Part shown: in pieces, positions 12,297 through 25,230 of the stretch
Numbering within the stretch: the first letter of the stretch is position 1
Layout: each line of letters opens with the position of its first letter
From: Moniliella sp. 'wahieum'
Taxonomy: Eukaryota
Reading direction: 5' to 3'
Assembly (NCBI GenBank): GCA_003971905.1
Contig: RSEE01000021.1
Coordinates: 124,001 to 188,000 of the forward strand
DNA length: 64,000 nucleotides
The notes under the pieces: generated by a model
Databases searched by the model: none
What the model was told of the DNA's origin: nothing
What the model saw: the letters and a program-made list of their open reading frames with translations, nothing else
Made by a program: the position numbers and the translations under genes

Positions 12297-15200
12297 TCAA
12301 ACACGTTGAACAGCGCAGCGTGTCGACCCTGATGTGGAGGCTCGTGGGGCAGTAGTGCCAGGAAAAGCAGTTTGGCGCTGGTTTGACAACCAAGAGGATG
12401 CGGGGCCGAAATCAAGAGGAGTCCGGCCAGAGACGGCAGCTTGAGATAGTTGCTCGGTCAAGAGCTGACTTGCAGAGGTGGCCGCATGATCCATACGCTT
12501 GATGTGGGACTTGAGCCGGGCCAGCTCGGAAGGGTCAGCAGCGGGCTTGGTGGTGGTGGCACGGAGGTCTTTGATGAGCTTGTCTTGCTTGCGAATAAAT
12601 GCTCGCGCCTTGTCCCGCTTTTCCCCTGCCACTTTAAGTTGCTGCTCCAACGCATCCTTCTCCCGCTGGATCGTCGCTAGCGCTTCAGTCGCATCCGGTG
12701 GCCACCCTTTCGCTGCAAGTGTCCGCTTCATTTCCCCGAACCTCCTCTCATTGTTCAGCTGCGCCGTCCGCTCGTCCAGCGACATCTCTTGCAGGTCCAC
12801 CTTGTCCATAAGGAGCTGGTTGACTCGCTCCATGAGCATGGCCCCGCGCTTTTCACTCTCCAACAGGTCGGCTTTAACCTTCGCTGCCTCGGCCACCAAC
12901 ACATCTTTTTCGCTCTCCACCGATGCACGGAGCTTGTGAAGGATGTCGAGCTGGTCTTGGTGCACGAGGGAGACTTTATATGGGGAATGATACAGCAAAG
13001 CAACGCGCCAAACCAGTCAGCTCCAAGGTGTCCCTTTCATGTGGGCAAAGAGAAAAAAGCACACAACGTACGATCGCTTTTAGCCACAATCAGTTCCTTG
13101 GATTGAACATCAAATTCCACCTGCAGATCCACCAGTTTTTCTTGGTCCCGTCCAATTCTTCTACCACCTGGTTCAATCTCGTGCGCAAGGCCAAGTTTGC
13201 CTCTGCGGAATCCCCTCGAGCGCTGCCGGAAGCAATATCCTCCAGCTGCCGCTGAAGTAGCAGGCGTTCCTGGTGCTCTGCCAAATAGTCCTTCTCATAG
13301 CGGTCCTTCAACCCACTCACATCCTCCAGCATGTTTTCCAATACTAGGATCCGCGACGCATCCGCCTTGTTAGCCATCGCCGCATCTCGTTCGCGCGTCA
13401 AGCGGCGCACTTCCAGCCGAAGTTCGGTACGGGACTTGGGCGCCAGTGCATCTTCCAACTCCTCCCCTAGGCCACCATTCTGCCCTGTGACGCCGCCCGG
13501 CCCTGTTATCTCGCCTTCGCTCCCCATGAGGGCAGACGCACGGCGCACGTGGGCACGACCACCAGCACCCTTCCAATTCCCGTACCCGGTTTGGTACAGC
13601 TCCAGCTCTTCCTGATCTGCCTTGGTCCGTTCCGTTGCGGTAGCCAGGCTGGCCTGGGCTGCCTCATGCTGGCCCTGCAAGTCATGCAGGCGGGAAGTGG
13701 TGTGGGTCAGCTCGACTTGAAGCGTTTGAGCTGGGCCTTGTACTTGTCCACCAACCCCCGGACCGGGCCTGCCCGCTCCGCTTCCTCGGCCATTGCCGCA
13801 TTGCGCTGAATCAACTCGGTGTTCTCTGTCTCCAACGACCGAAGTTGTCGCTTGGTATCCTGCAGCTCGACGAGCCTGCGTTGGTACTTTTCCAACTGCG
13901 CCTGGGCTCGTGCTAGGTCATCCGACGTGTGACGCGCCTCATCCAATTGGTCGACCAGCATCGCCATTTGCGCTTCCTTCTCTGCTAACTGCGCTGGCAG
14001 CTCTTCTCCCATCTTGGCCAGGGGTCGCATCCGGTCCAGTGAGGTTTCGGAAGAAGCCAGTGCATCCTCCGTTCGTCGCAGCTCGTCCGTCAACCGATCC
14101 ACGTCTTGCCGCAGAGCATGAATCAGATCGAGATCAGAGAGATGGGTTCCTACGCTGGTTCGCAGTGCGGTTAGTTCCGCCTCTTGCACTTCCACGCGTT
14201 CCTGTAGTGCCGGTAACGATGCCTCCAGCGATTCGGTATGTGCCGCTTGGGTCTCGTACTGCGAGCGCAACCGGGCAAAGGCTTTGGCCAGGGCTCCAGG
14301 ACCTCCCTTGCGGAGCAATCGCTCGGCCATCGCGGCCCCGCGTGCCTCTGGCATCTCCGACCCGGCTCCAAACAATCCAAACCCGACCGAGGTCGAATCC
14401 AGATCGTCCGACCCAAGTTCAGCATCCAGGTCGGATCCGACCACCGTAGCTGGGGCCGTGATAGACGCCGGCGACGTAATGCCAGGTCGAAGCGGACTAA
14501 GCCCCCCACTTCCCATGGTAATCGATCCCATGACAGTTCCATTCTCATCGTCCGAGCGAGGGTAATGTAGTTCAGCCGCCGTGCGCGTGAGAGGAGAGCG
14601 GAGCATCCGCATTGGCGTTTTCAATCCCGGACCGGGCGATCGCATCCCGTTTTCCCCCAGACGGGGAGGTGGGACCCACTGCTGCTGGGGACCAAGGTGT
14701 CGTGGTGGCTCGAGGCACTGGCCATGTCGCTGGCAAATACCTCTTCCTCCGGAGCATGAACCAGGGCCTCGTCTATCTCTTCCTCCTCCTCAGCGTCAGT
14801 TGTGGTTGCCTCGGTGCCAGTTTCGGTTTCGGTTTCAGGCTCAGTTTCGGGCTCGGTTTCCGCCTCGGTTTCAACCTCGGTATCGGGCTCTTGATCCTCG
14901 GTAGCGGTGGTAGGGTGCGGCGGGTGGAAATGGGACTGGACGGAACTGATGGCGTGCATCAACCCCTGCTGATCGGCCGGGTCGAGGCGGGATTGGATAG
15001 CAGAGATAAAAATGGCTTTATGGGGCGAGTGAACGGCGACCAAGAGTACAAGTCGGGCCAGTTTGAGGAGTTCTGATCCAAACGCGGCAGCAGTCCAAGG
15101 AGAGGAGGTGCCATGCACGATGAGATCAACATCGAGAGTGAGCGCTTTGGGCAGCTGGCCCTCTTCGAGGGTGGGAAGGAGGTGTTGTTCGGTGGCGAGA

Positions 15201-15677
15201 TAGGCGAGGAGCTGTTTGTGGATACGCTTCAGACTGGCCTGTCGCAATAGACTTTCCTCCATCGACTGGTCCCCTTCGGGGCGGCGGACTGGGCTGGGAG
15301 GGTTGGGGTGGGCCGAGGCAAAGTACTCGCGGTCAATAAACAAGAGGAGGGAGGTGAAGACGGACCCGTCCACGAGGTCCGTGGGGAGGAAAGAGAGGTG
15401 CAAGCGGCGAGGTGGGCCGGGTCGGGGGAAGGAGATCCAGAGATGGCACGGGCCGCCTCGGGCGGAAGGGCCTGGAGCCAATGGACAAAGGCGGCAGCCT
15501 CGGTGGACGGGTCGGAGGTGCTCGGGGCACGCTTGCGGCGGGCTGCCCCATTCGGAGGGGCGGCGGCGGGCGGGAGGAGGGAAAGAGGGGGTATGTGGGT
15601 TGGGGTATCTGCTAGGAGTGATTGTGCTGTCCGCGGAGCGGGAGGGGGCGTGGATGTAAGGGGGGGAGGCGGGCCAT
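12297..15677 (-). CDS. HOOK-domain coiled-coil dynein/endosome adaptor (Hok1/HookA-like); several frameshifts, intron near 13070-12974
   Basis: N-terminal Hook/CH-like DLVDGSVFTSLLLFIDREYF..ELLKLARLVLLVAV..FISAIQSRLDPADQQGLMHAI; long coiled coil (LEKYQRRL, ILVLENMLED..YEKDYL); AKSD|LSLV; C-terminal SWLSNQRQ. Start uncertain. Confidence 0.8.
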
Positions 15678-16025
15678 CCTGGTGCGGAGGGAGGCGGAGA
15701 GGGGGGGAGGGAGGGGTGGCAACAAGGGCGGGAGGCGTGGCAGCGTTCGTGCGTGTCGTCGAGGCGGCGAGGAGGGGCGGCGGGGGGAGGGGGGCAGAGG
15801 ACGGTGGTTGTGGTGGTGGTGGGGGGGGTGTTCCCCCTGATGCTGCTGATGCTGCTGCTGATGCTGCTGTGCTGGTGCCTGTGGGCGGTCAGCAGGTGCC
15901 GCGGGCGGCGAGGGCGGCATGGGCGGATGGAGAGGCGCGGCGAGGCCAGATGCCGCTGGGGCAGCCTGCTGGGGGGCATGCGGGGCGGATGGGGGGACAT
16001 GGGGCGGCCGCCGCACCGCACAGCC

Positions 16026-16090
16026 CACAGCCGACGCACACAGCCGACGCACACAGCCGACGCACACAGCCGACGCACACAGCCGACGCA
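16026..16090. repeat. 13-bp minisatellite (CACAGCCGACGCA)x5
   Basis: Five exact tandem copies in the region upstream of the Hook gene. Confidence 0.95.
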
Positions 16091-17263
16091 CCCACGCCCG
16101 AGCACCGCCGCAGCAGCAGCCGTCGCATGCTCGCTATAGTGCACGCAGCGTTAAACGAGATGTGGCGCTGCGAGTTGCTCCTGAATACGACAACCCTAGC
16201 GCCTGCGCTGCGCCTCACCCATCATGCATCGTACATCACCCATCCGCCACACTTCCCGCCCCTCTCCATCTCCCGCCGCTTCCCACCCATCCACCCTCCG
16301 ATCCAGAGATAGCCCCGGCAGGTTGTTGACTGTTGACTTCACCACATACCCCACCAACACCAGTGTCTGCTTACCGCTTACCATCCCCCACCGATCTGCG
16401 ATCCCACGGCCCATTTGGCCTGACACCCAGCACAAACATGGGCGCGCAGGAGCCCCACGCACGGCGCCTGTGAGCACGGACCCCATGACGCACCTGGCAC
16501 ATTCTGCATCGGTTTAAATTGCATTCCTCCGTTCTTCTTCCCTCCGTCCCGTCCGCTCTTCAGGCGGTTCGCCATGCCATGCCTTGCTCATCCTGGCCAT
16601 TCCTGGCCATGACGCAGGAGCCACCGTCTGGCCGCAGGCCTCAGGCCGTTCAGACTGGATGAGCGCTGATCGACTGCCCGAACATGCGCTGATGATGGAT
16701 GACGATGACGGCACATACTTTTAGGATGCGATGGCGATGACGATGGCGATGACGACGGTGGAGGCGGACACTGCCACTATAGCATGCACCAGTCCACCAT
16801 AACCACTACCCTCCAGTATTCACACTGCCTTTGCGCTTCTCGAGATCTGTGGCTCCCCACGGTCGTACGCTTCTAAGTCTTTCTTCTTCGAGTATAATCT
16901 CTCGGTGTGTGTGATCGTCGTTCGCCCCACTGCGCGCTGTACTCACCCCAGGCCCCATAGCGTCCTACCCTCCGACTGTCATTGCGATGCACATATCGTG
17001 CAACGGATCGATGCCCAGTCCGGGGCTGTGCAACCAGTGGGAGCGTTGGGGTGACGTATATTCGCCTCACCCATCCCTGAGACCCTCTTACTTGGTGTGC
17101 CTGCAGAAGCGATCGTGGTGGCACGATTTCTAGTGGGGTACCAGCTGCTGTGCTTCTGTTGGTATATATTCTGTTGCCACACAACTTTTTTCGGTCCCTC
17201 CCCTCGCACACCCCCCCCCCCCACCCCTCGATTCTCCACATATCTTCCAAAACACCTCTTACC

Positions 17264-20200
17264 ATGGCCACCTACCTCGGCACTTCGATTCCCTCTGGCA
17301 TGGGCGACGGTCTCACGCCGACCTGGCCAAGCAGCTTCACCACATGGATGACTCCGTGGGCTCTGTCCCGACCGACCCGTTCGTTGCGGCTGAGCGCGCG
17401 GCTCATACCGAGGCGCCTCATGCGCCTGATCTCACCCAAATCAAGCATCATCACCATGCTTCCACGGGAAAGCAGATTCCTGGAGGCTACCAAGCCCTGG
17501 CCCAAGAGTACGGCTTGGCGCCCCAGCCGACAGCATCCCAGCCACAACGTTTCTAGTGTGCAGCCTCCGACCAGTAGCGTGCCCTCTAGCCACCCGGCCG
17601 GCGCTGCCCCGACATCGACCCAAGACCCGTACCTTGAGTATGGCTCGGCCATCGGCCTGCCAGCCTCCGCGTCGGCAGCCAAGTCTACCCAGGACCCGTA
17701 CAGCCAGTATGGCTCGTCCATCCGCCAGCCCACCAGCACCACGACCCCGTCGGCCCAAGACGCGTACCTGAACTATGGCTCGGCCATCCCTGGTACTCTG
17801 TCCTCGCGCCAAACGGAGCACAAGAGTCCAGTTCAATACGCCGGCGCGGGCACTTCCCCTGCCCACCACCCCTCCCACCTTTCTGATGCTGCTGGCGTAG
17901 CTACCAGTTCCGTCCCTGCCACTGCGGCGTCGACCGGATCAGCCCAGGCGTACCGTACCACTGACCCCATCTACGCCAGCAAGTTGGCTTCTTCCGTCGC
18001 AACACCTTCCGTCCCGTCTGCCACCCCCGCTTCTGTGGGGGAACACCAACGTTTGGCCGGTGGTGGTGCAACCACAGGGGCAGGCCTTGCCAAGGGCCCC
18101 GACACCTCTTTTGCCTCCTCCCCCATCGGCTAGCGCCGAGGGAACCAAGGTGGCGCCCAGCACGGTTTCTACGGCGAGCCCTTCGCTGGGTGAGTACGAG
18201 GGACTTGGAGTGGGCGCAGTGACTGGCGCCGGCCTCGGGAAGGGTACCGACATTTCGCTGGCCGGATCCAACCCGCCTGCCAGCGCGGGTACCAAGCCTG
18301 CACCTACCGCGGCGCGTGGAACAGCTTCTGAGGCACTCAAGAAGGACGAGCCGGTTGGACACACCGTGCACACTGCCCCGAGTTCTCCTTCGACACAAAC
18401 GTCCGCCCTGTCGGAGGACGCTCCGGGTGCCTACCCCCTGTCCAAGGAAGATGCCGATCTCCAATCCCACTCGACCCCCGGTGCCATCCTAGCCTCCTTG
18501 GTGGCTGCTCCAGCGGGCGCGTTGGCGTCCGCATACGAATGGTTCCACCCCGAGACTGGGGAGAAGATGACTGGCTCTCAGCCGTCATCTTCCGCCACCC
18601 CTCCGCTTTCCAACTCCCACAGCGGCTCCTCCCCACCCCAGTAGCAGCGAAGAACGGACCGCGAGCAGCTATGCGCCTGCCACTACCCCTGCCACTGCGC
18701 TTGCTACTGCTCCTGCCAGTGCTCCTGCCAGTGCTCCTGCCACTGCTGCCCCCATCATCAGCATGCTGCGACCAACTACGCATCTGCCCCTACCCACACC
18801 AGCGAGCGTGCTGCCGGCGGTTCCGCCCCGGCCACTGCCACCGCTGCTGCCACCTCCTCCTCCAACTTGCGTGCTCCCACCAGCGCCGCCGACTTCTCTT
18901 CGTCGGCAGCGACCAACACGACCACTGAGGGTTACCATCCTGGTCTTGGCGATGCGGCCATCAAGATCATCTCGGCTCCGTTGGAGACGCTTGCGCTGGT
19001 GGGAGGTGCGGCGGGTGTGGCGGGTTCGGCTGCGGTGGACAAGGCAGAGCATGTGGCCCAAGAGGTGGCGGCGGGGACGGGGTCGTTGGCGCAAAAAGCA
19101 TCCGATACTCTGTCGAGCACCTTTTCGGGTCCTGCCAACGCCCCGGCGAACCAGGGTACGCCAGCGTACGCCTCGGCCGTCGCTGCGCCGCTGGCTTCGG
19201 TTGCATTGGCTGGTGAAGGTGCTCAGCATGCGTCCGACGCCACGGAGCAGAAGGCATCCCAAGCCAAGCCAACCGCTGTGGAAACCGTCTCGCTTCCCGC
19301 TCGCTCGATTGCTGCCCCCCTCGCTGCGACAGGTGCATTGGATGCCTCTGCCTCTGCCGGGCCCGGCAACCAGGCCACGTCGGCCCCCTCAACGCGCACT
19401 ACGGATGAGTTTGCCTCCCCTCCCCCCTCGATGGGCACGGGTGCCATCAAGGTGTCCCCCTCTTCCCCTTCGACGGGCACGAGCAAGGTGACTTCCGGAT
19501 CGCCCTCAATGCCGACGGGTATGGGCTCCACGGCCTTCATCCTACCGGTTCGAACCCGGACGTGGACTCCATCCCGACCTACACCCAAGTGAAACACCAA
19601 TGGCTCAACAGCAGCCTCATGCCGGCCACTCCTTGCCTACTGTCGGTGCAGGTGTCGGGTCCGGGGCCGGGGCCGGGGCCGGGGCGGCCCTTGGGGCTCA
19701 GTCTCTCGACCCGTACTCGCGTAAGGCCGAACCCACGTCTTCGTACCCCAGTGGCGTGCAGCACCCGAAGGGCACACAGGCTACTGGCTCGACCGGCCCG
19801 TATCCCTCGTACGCGTACCCCGAGGCTGGGTCTGTCCCGTTGACTGGGGCGGCGCCTTCTGTTGCACCCAAGGGTGGGGTTCCGGGTGAGACGGCGAGCT
19901 CTGGCCCATCGACGTACCCCGCCGTCGGCACGCGCTCGGTTGGCCAAACCCCCGGAACGGCCACTACGGCGAGCACGGTGAACCCCACGGGTCCCCACGC
20001 TCATCCGAACGACTCGATCCCTTCTTACCCTACTGCGGCTGACAAGTCGGTCGGTCCCAGCGGCAGCCTTGGCACCGGCTCCCACTCTTCCTCTGCGATG
20101 ACGGGCGCGATGGGCGTGCCGGCTGTGGCGGCCATGTCGGCGCCGGTGGGGGGCAAGTTTGTCGATCCGAGCAAAATGGAAGAGCTGTCGTCGGCTTCGT

Positions 20201-20884
20201 TGGCCGGTGAGAGCACGCGGGGGGCTACGCAGGTGCTTTCCCACGGCCAATCTTCCCCTGCCCATGACAACTCCCACGTGGCCAAAACCTCGGACAGTGC
20301 CAGTGGCATCAGCAACGGCGTGCCGAACGTGGCGGCACTGTCGGTACCTGTGCATGGCAAGTTTGTCGACTCGGAGAAGATGGACGAGCTCATGTCGGAA
20401 TCGTTGGAGGGTGGCGGTTTGATGGGAAGCAGCCAGGCTTTGCCCAAGGGTCAGCCCAACCCATCCAACGAGGGAAGCAGCCTGTATGGATCGAACAATG
20501 GCTCGGGTGGCAGTGCTATTGGCGCGCAGCAGTCCCGCTCGACCAATGCCACCTCGACGACGGGGCAGGCTATGACAAGGGTCTTGGCGCCGGTGCTGGA
20601 TATGGCGCCTCCTCCACCTCGGGCAGTCCGACCCGGCTAGTGCCAGTGGCGTGCGGGGAGCCTCCTATGACGGCACGTCTAACAGTGGTTCGCTTTCTGG
20701 ACCTGATGGCAAGTCGGTGCCAGACCACAAGCAGGCTTCTTCAGGTGCAACCTCGACCAAGGGGATGGTATCGCATGCCAAGGAGGCTGTCACCTCACAT
20801 GCGCCGACGGATCCCAACCAGCCCAATCATCTCTTCCGTATGGGCGAGTTGGACGACATTATCAAGAATGCGCCCAAGAACTAA
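17264..20884 (+). CDS. Large (~1200 aa) low-complexity S/T/A/G/P-rich protein with internal repeats, function unknown
   Basis: Chain of overlapping plus-strand ORFs with consistent composition from MATYLGTSIPSG to LFRMGELDDIIKNAPKN*. Repeats QD(P/A)YxxYGS(A/S)I x3, GAGL(A/G)KG x2, GKFVDxxKM(E/D)EL x2. Confidence 0.65.
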
Positions 20885-21506
20885 TAGCTGCGAATGTTTT
20901 TTTCTCTCTCGAGTTGTTTTTTGAGTAATCTTATTGTCTCCTCTTTCTTCGCATATATCCAGGCAGAAGTAACGTGAAAGCATTCTACCTTATAGAAAGA
21001 CTTTTCCACCTTGGGTCCCCTTCAATGTCATGACCGCCATATCGGCCCCACTGTTCACTCTTCTCATGCAAGCGGGAACGCTGACTCTGAATCGAATAAG
21101 CTCCTCGTGACGCCAGCCCCTCAGCACGGTCGTTACCTCCAATGACTGGCATCTTAACGTCCTCACAACCTCTTCGTCGATCTCAACCAATAAGGTCAAA
21201 GCCGATGGACAACAGCCAGGGACAACAAAAAGGTAGTGCCACTAACGAGCGTGGTCAACGCGGTCATCTCTGTGGCAATGCTGGCTATCCCACTCTATGC
21301 GTGCGCTCCATGTCTCGCTGGTAGGAATGCTTGGCCTTCAGTTGCCTATGTGAAAGGGGGGCGAGATGGCAAAACGGAATGAAGATGTGTGGCCTAACAA
21401 CCCTAAAAGTTAGAATGCGAATGCGCGTCTACGTAGTTGGAGTAGGACCTGTGCAGGGCACAACGGTAGAAAAAAAGGGGGCAGGGTCTTGGGCTCGCCT
21501 TTGGCA

Positions 21507-22440
21507 TTAGGCAGACGGAGCAGGAGCGGTGTGCGACGCGGCGGCCGACGCCTTTTTCTCCTGCGCAATCGCCGCTGCCTGAGCCCGCACGTCCTGGATC
21601 GTGCGAGAGGAGGTGGTGTAAAACGACTGGATTTTCGGGTGGTTCGCGGCCGAGTTGTAGAAACCGCCAAGCTTGGACCAGGCGTAACCCACCTGTGGGC
21701 CGTGCCACACCGTATTCGCGCGCGACAAGAGCGACTTGGGGTCCTGCAGCTGCTGCTGTACCGAAGCCTGCACGTTGGCCACAAACGACGGGTCTGTCGT
21801 AGTACCCGCAGAACCCTCTGTCGCCTCGCGCTTGCCCTCCCCCCCTCAGCACCCGCCACCGCAGCAGCTTGGGTAGACGTCGCCCCGGAGCAGGGTACTT
21901 GGCACCCAAACTACGGTCCAGGTCGGACAAGAAGGAAGAGAACTTGCCACTGTAGCCGTGTTGCTTGTCAAAGTCGAGTGCACGCTTGGTCACCTCGTCA
22001 GAGAGCAGGTAGCCATGCGCCAACAGCTCGCTCACGATGGCCGTCTTTGGCTTGTCTTCCTGTTTTACCTCATGGACATGAGGAGGCGCGTCGGGGGCGG
22101 TAACCGGAACGGGGGCCTCGGTGGGGGGAGGGGCCGGTTGGGTGGCGGAGGTGACGGTGATGGTGGCTCCCTCAAGCTGCCCGCCGCTCAAACTGGCGAA
22201 AACGGGCCAGAGAAAGTCAGTACGCGGCTGCGGCTCATCTGGTGGCAACGTGGGCACAGACGGTAGAAGATACAACACTTACAGAACTGCATTGCCGGCA
22301 CCGGTAGGGGCAGCAAACGTAACCGTGGCCTGCTGGTTCGCCAATTCAATCTTGTCGATGGCGCCACAGAAGGACAAAAAGGCCTCGATGGACTGGCTGG
22401 TAGTGGTCGGAGCAAGGCCAGAAATGACAACAGCGGACAT
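21507..22440 (-). CDS. Vip1-like RRM protein (one intron near 22281-22190)
   Basis: MSAVVISGLAPTTTSQSIEAFLSFCGAIDKIEL..ATVTF..AVL | LSGGQLEGATITVT; QEDKPKTAIVSELLAHGYLLSD..ALDFDKQHG..F; KIQSFYT. Confidence 0.88.
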
Positions 22441-23559
22441 GGCGCGGGAATAGGTGGTGGTGGTGGTGGTGGTGGTGCTGGTAGGAGAGGAGGCAGGGGA
22501 GCGTCTCAGTAGGAGGCATTAAGCATGAGGACGGGCGTGAAAGCGGGGTAGGTGGCGCTTGCACCTCCTGCCCCCCGAACGAGGCAGGCAGGCACAGCAC
22601 GAGTGTGCACCGCAGCCCGCCGGCGGCACGCGCCAGAGTTATTGCTAGCACGCTTGCGCGGTACTGGGTCACTGTGTTGGATGCTTGCTCCACACACACT
22701 GCCCCTGCCTCCTGGCCCGTGCACAGCAAGCGCATGCTGCAATCGTGTCGCCGGGAGCGTCCAGGTGTCTGTCCAGCTTCAAGCTTCATCGTCACGCGTC
22801 AGTCCCCCCATCCTCCTCCGATGCCCATTCAGCCGCTGACTAGACTGAGCACTGGGCGCACTGGGCGAGGGCCACATATTGTGGCGCCATGGCCGCAAAC
22901 AGATTGGCATGGCCTTCACAGCAGAGGGCTAAAAGACCTATAAGGTGCTGCTCGCCAGCAAGGAGGGGAACGTGGAACGTCAACCGTTAATGTTTTTGAA
23001 CGTAAACGAAGTTCGCGAATGAAGGCAGTGCCCATCAGGGAGAAGGCACAGGCATCGAACACAAGGACAGCGTGTCCGAGCACGTGTCATCACGTTAAAG
23101 AAAAGCATCAAATGAAAAGAACGAATAGGTAGGCCTTTAGTCGGTCCCGGTAACTAAGAAACGGGGAAAGGGCTCTATACAGCATACCCACCACACCACA
23201 GGGGCGTCCGCAAGCAGACCGAGGGGGTGAAAGGAGGGCGGTTGCACAATATGTTCGTGGGGGCATTTGAATAACAGAACAGAGCAAAGGAGAGGATAGC
23301 ACTTAACGAAAAAATAACGACGCAGAGATGAAGGGAAGAGAAGGAAAGAGAAGGAAAGAGAAGGAAGAGAAGGGGAAGGGGGGGAAGAAAGAAAGGCAGA
23401 GCTGAAGACGTTGAAGACACAAGGAACTGCTGAACGTCTAGTTAAGAATCCGTGTGGGCATGCGAAAGCTGACCCCGGCCTGCATTAGATATCGACGGCC
23501 ATCATCTTCGCAGATTGTCACCGCGATGAATGGTAAGAGGGTGTCATGTGCAAAGCACC

Positions 23560-25230
23560 TCAGAGGCCAAAGATGGGTACAAATGAGCCGCGCGGGGAAG
23601 CAACGATAGGCAAGAGCTCGTATCGGAACGCGGCCAGCTGGTTGAAAAAGTGAGATCGGAAGAAAGGCGCACAGACTGAGCAGCAATGAGGTACAGAAGT
23701 TAGTAACCAGCCAGTCTCGCAGTGCAAGCACGGCTTCATCCACGTACACAGAGGCGCCACCAATACGAGGAAGCTGTGGAGCATTAGGAACGCCAACCAG
23801 TGGGGAATCTTGGCATTGATCTGGGAATAGGAACGCTTAAACCAAGCCGCCACGACACTTCCCATGGCAAGCAAACCAACCGAAAAATGAGTCAGTAACC
23901 GAACTCCCTACCCCTTTTCCACTCCACCAATCCAGCTCACATGAGGCCTGAGGAAGCAAGAACAGAGGGGCACTTACGCTGCTGCGCCGTTGATCACGAA
24001 GAAGGCAAAGTTTTCCAGTGTTGCGGTCCCAAAGGTAAAGTAAGTGATGTGTTCGTGAAAGATCCCGAGACCGTGAAGGCAGCCATGGCAGACAATGCCT
24101 TCTTGACAAACGCCTTGTTGCTGCTGCTGGGCCCATGGACCTTGTCGGGGGTGGGCGCATGGGTGGGCGTCATCCGAAGTCCATTCATCTTGGCTCGCCC
24201 GGCGCCATTTGAACCCGGCTTGACGGCCTCGTCGGCCTCGGTATCGGTGGTCAAGCTAGGACGGGCAATTTTGCTGGAGTACTTCTTGGGGGCTCCAGCG
24301 GCGCTGGCAAAGATAACGCGATGAAGAATGACGGTAATGGCCTTGTTCCAGGTGGACCAGAAACGTTGGATTGACGTAGCCGAGGTAGGCGATTCGAACA
24401 TGGGGGCCATCTCCACATTGAGGATGAAGCCGAAAAGGCTCAACATCCCATCCCCAAAGAAGGCCAGGACAAAAAGCACATCGAAGCCGAGGAGGTACGA
24501 GTACAGGTGGTAGGCCAAGCGCGGCATCGAATCAATTGTGTCTTTAGTAGGAACAAAGTAGAGCAGGGCAAAAAAGACAATGCAGAACTCGACAAAGACG
24601 CGGGGAAGACGCGGAGGCTTTGCCAGCGAGCATTACGCGTAAACCCTTCGATCTGCCTGCGCTCCTCCAACTCGGACTCTTCCACGGGAAAGGCCCAGAG
24701 ATGCGCAAAAAAGCGGCCAGCGGACCAGGAAAAAACTTCGTCCACTTGACGTAAAAAAAATGTCCCAGGCAAGCAGAGCAGAACGGAAGCCAAGCGCGGG
24801 CATCCAAAAGTCCAGGATCATTACACCTGACTGGCCAACCAAGGCAGGCCAGAAGAAGAGAAGGACAATGAGAGGGGAAGCGATGGCGATGCGAAGGGGA
24901 CGGACTGGGCAGCTTGTGGGCTGTTGGCGGGGACGCGGGGTACCAGAAGGTGATACGCAGCATAAGCGTAGAGGGTTGTGCTGAAGATGAAGGCTAAGAT
25001 GCCGACAAGAACGTTGCCCGCGCGTTCGAGCGGGTACGGGGGCATGTCATACATATGGCGGGCTGGTGGAAGAGCCGGCTCCAAAATGCGAGGAAAGGGT
25101 CCTTGGCCCATGGTAGGCCCAGCCTTGCCCCCAGACTAGTGTGGGACAGGTGGTGCGTTGCCAGCCCCTCGCCCTGGGACTGGGCAGCGATGACGATGTT
25201 GCTCCAAATGGAGCCGATGCGGTTGACCAT
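23560..25230 (-). CDS. Membrane-bound O-acyltransferase (MBOAT_2 / wax synthase-like), two 3' introns
   Basis: Multiple hydrophobic segments; PMFESPTSATSIQRFWSTWNKAITVILHRVIF; AAFTVSG..FHEH after a shift; introns 23977-23858 and about 23747-23676. Confidence 0.82.
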
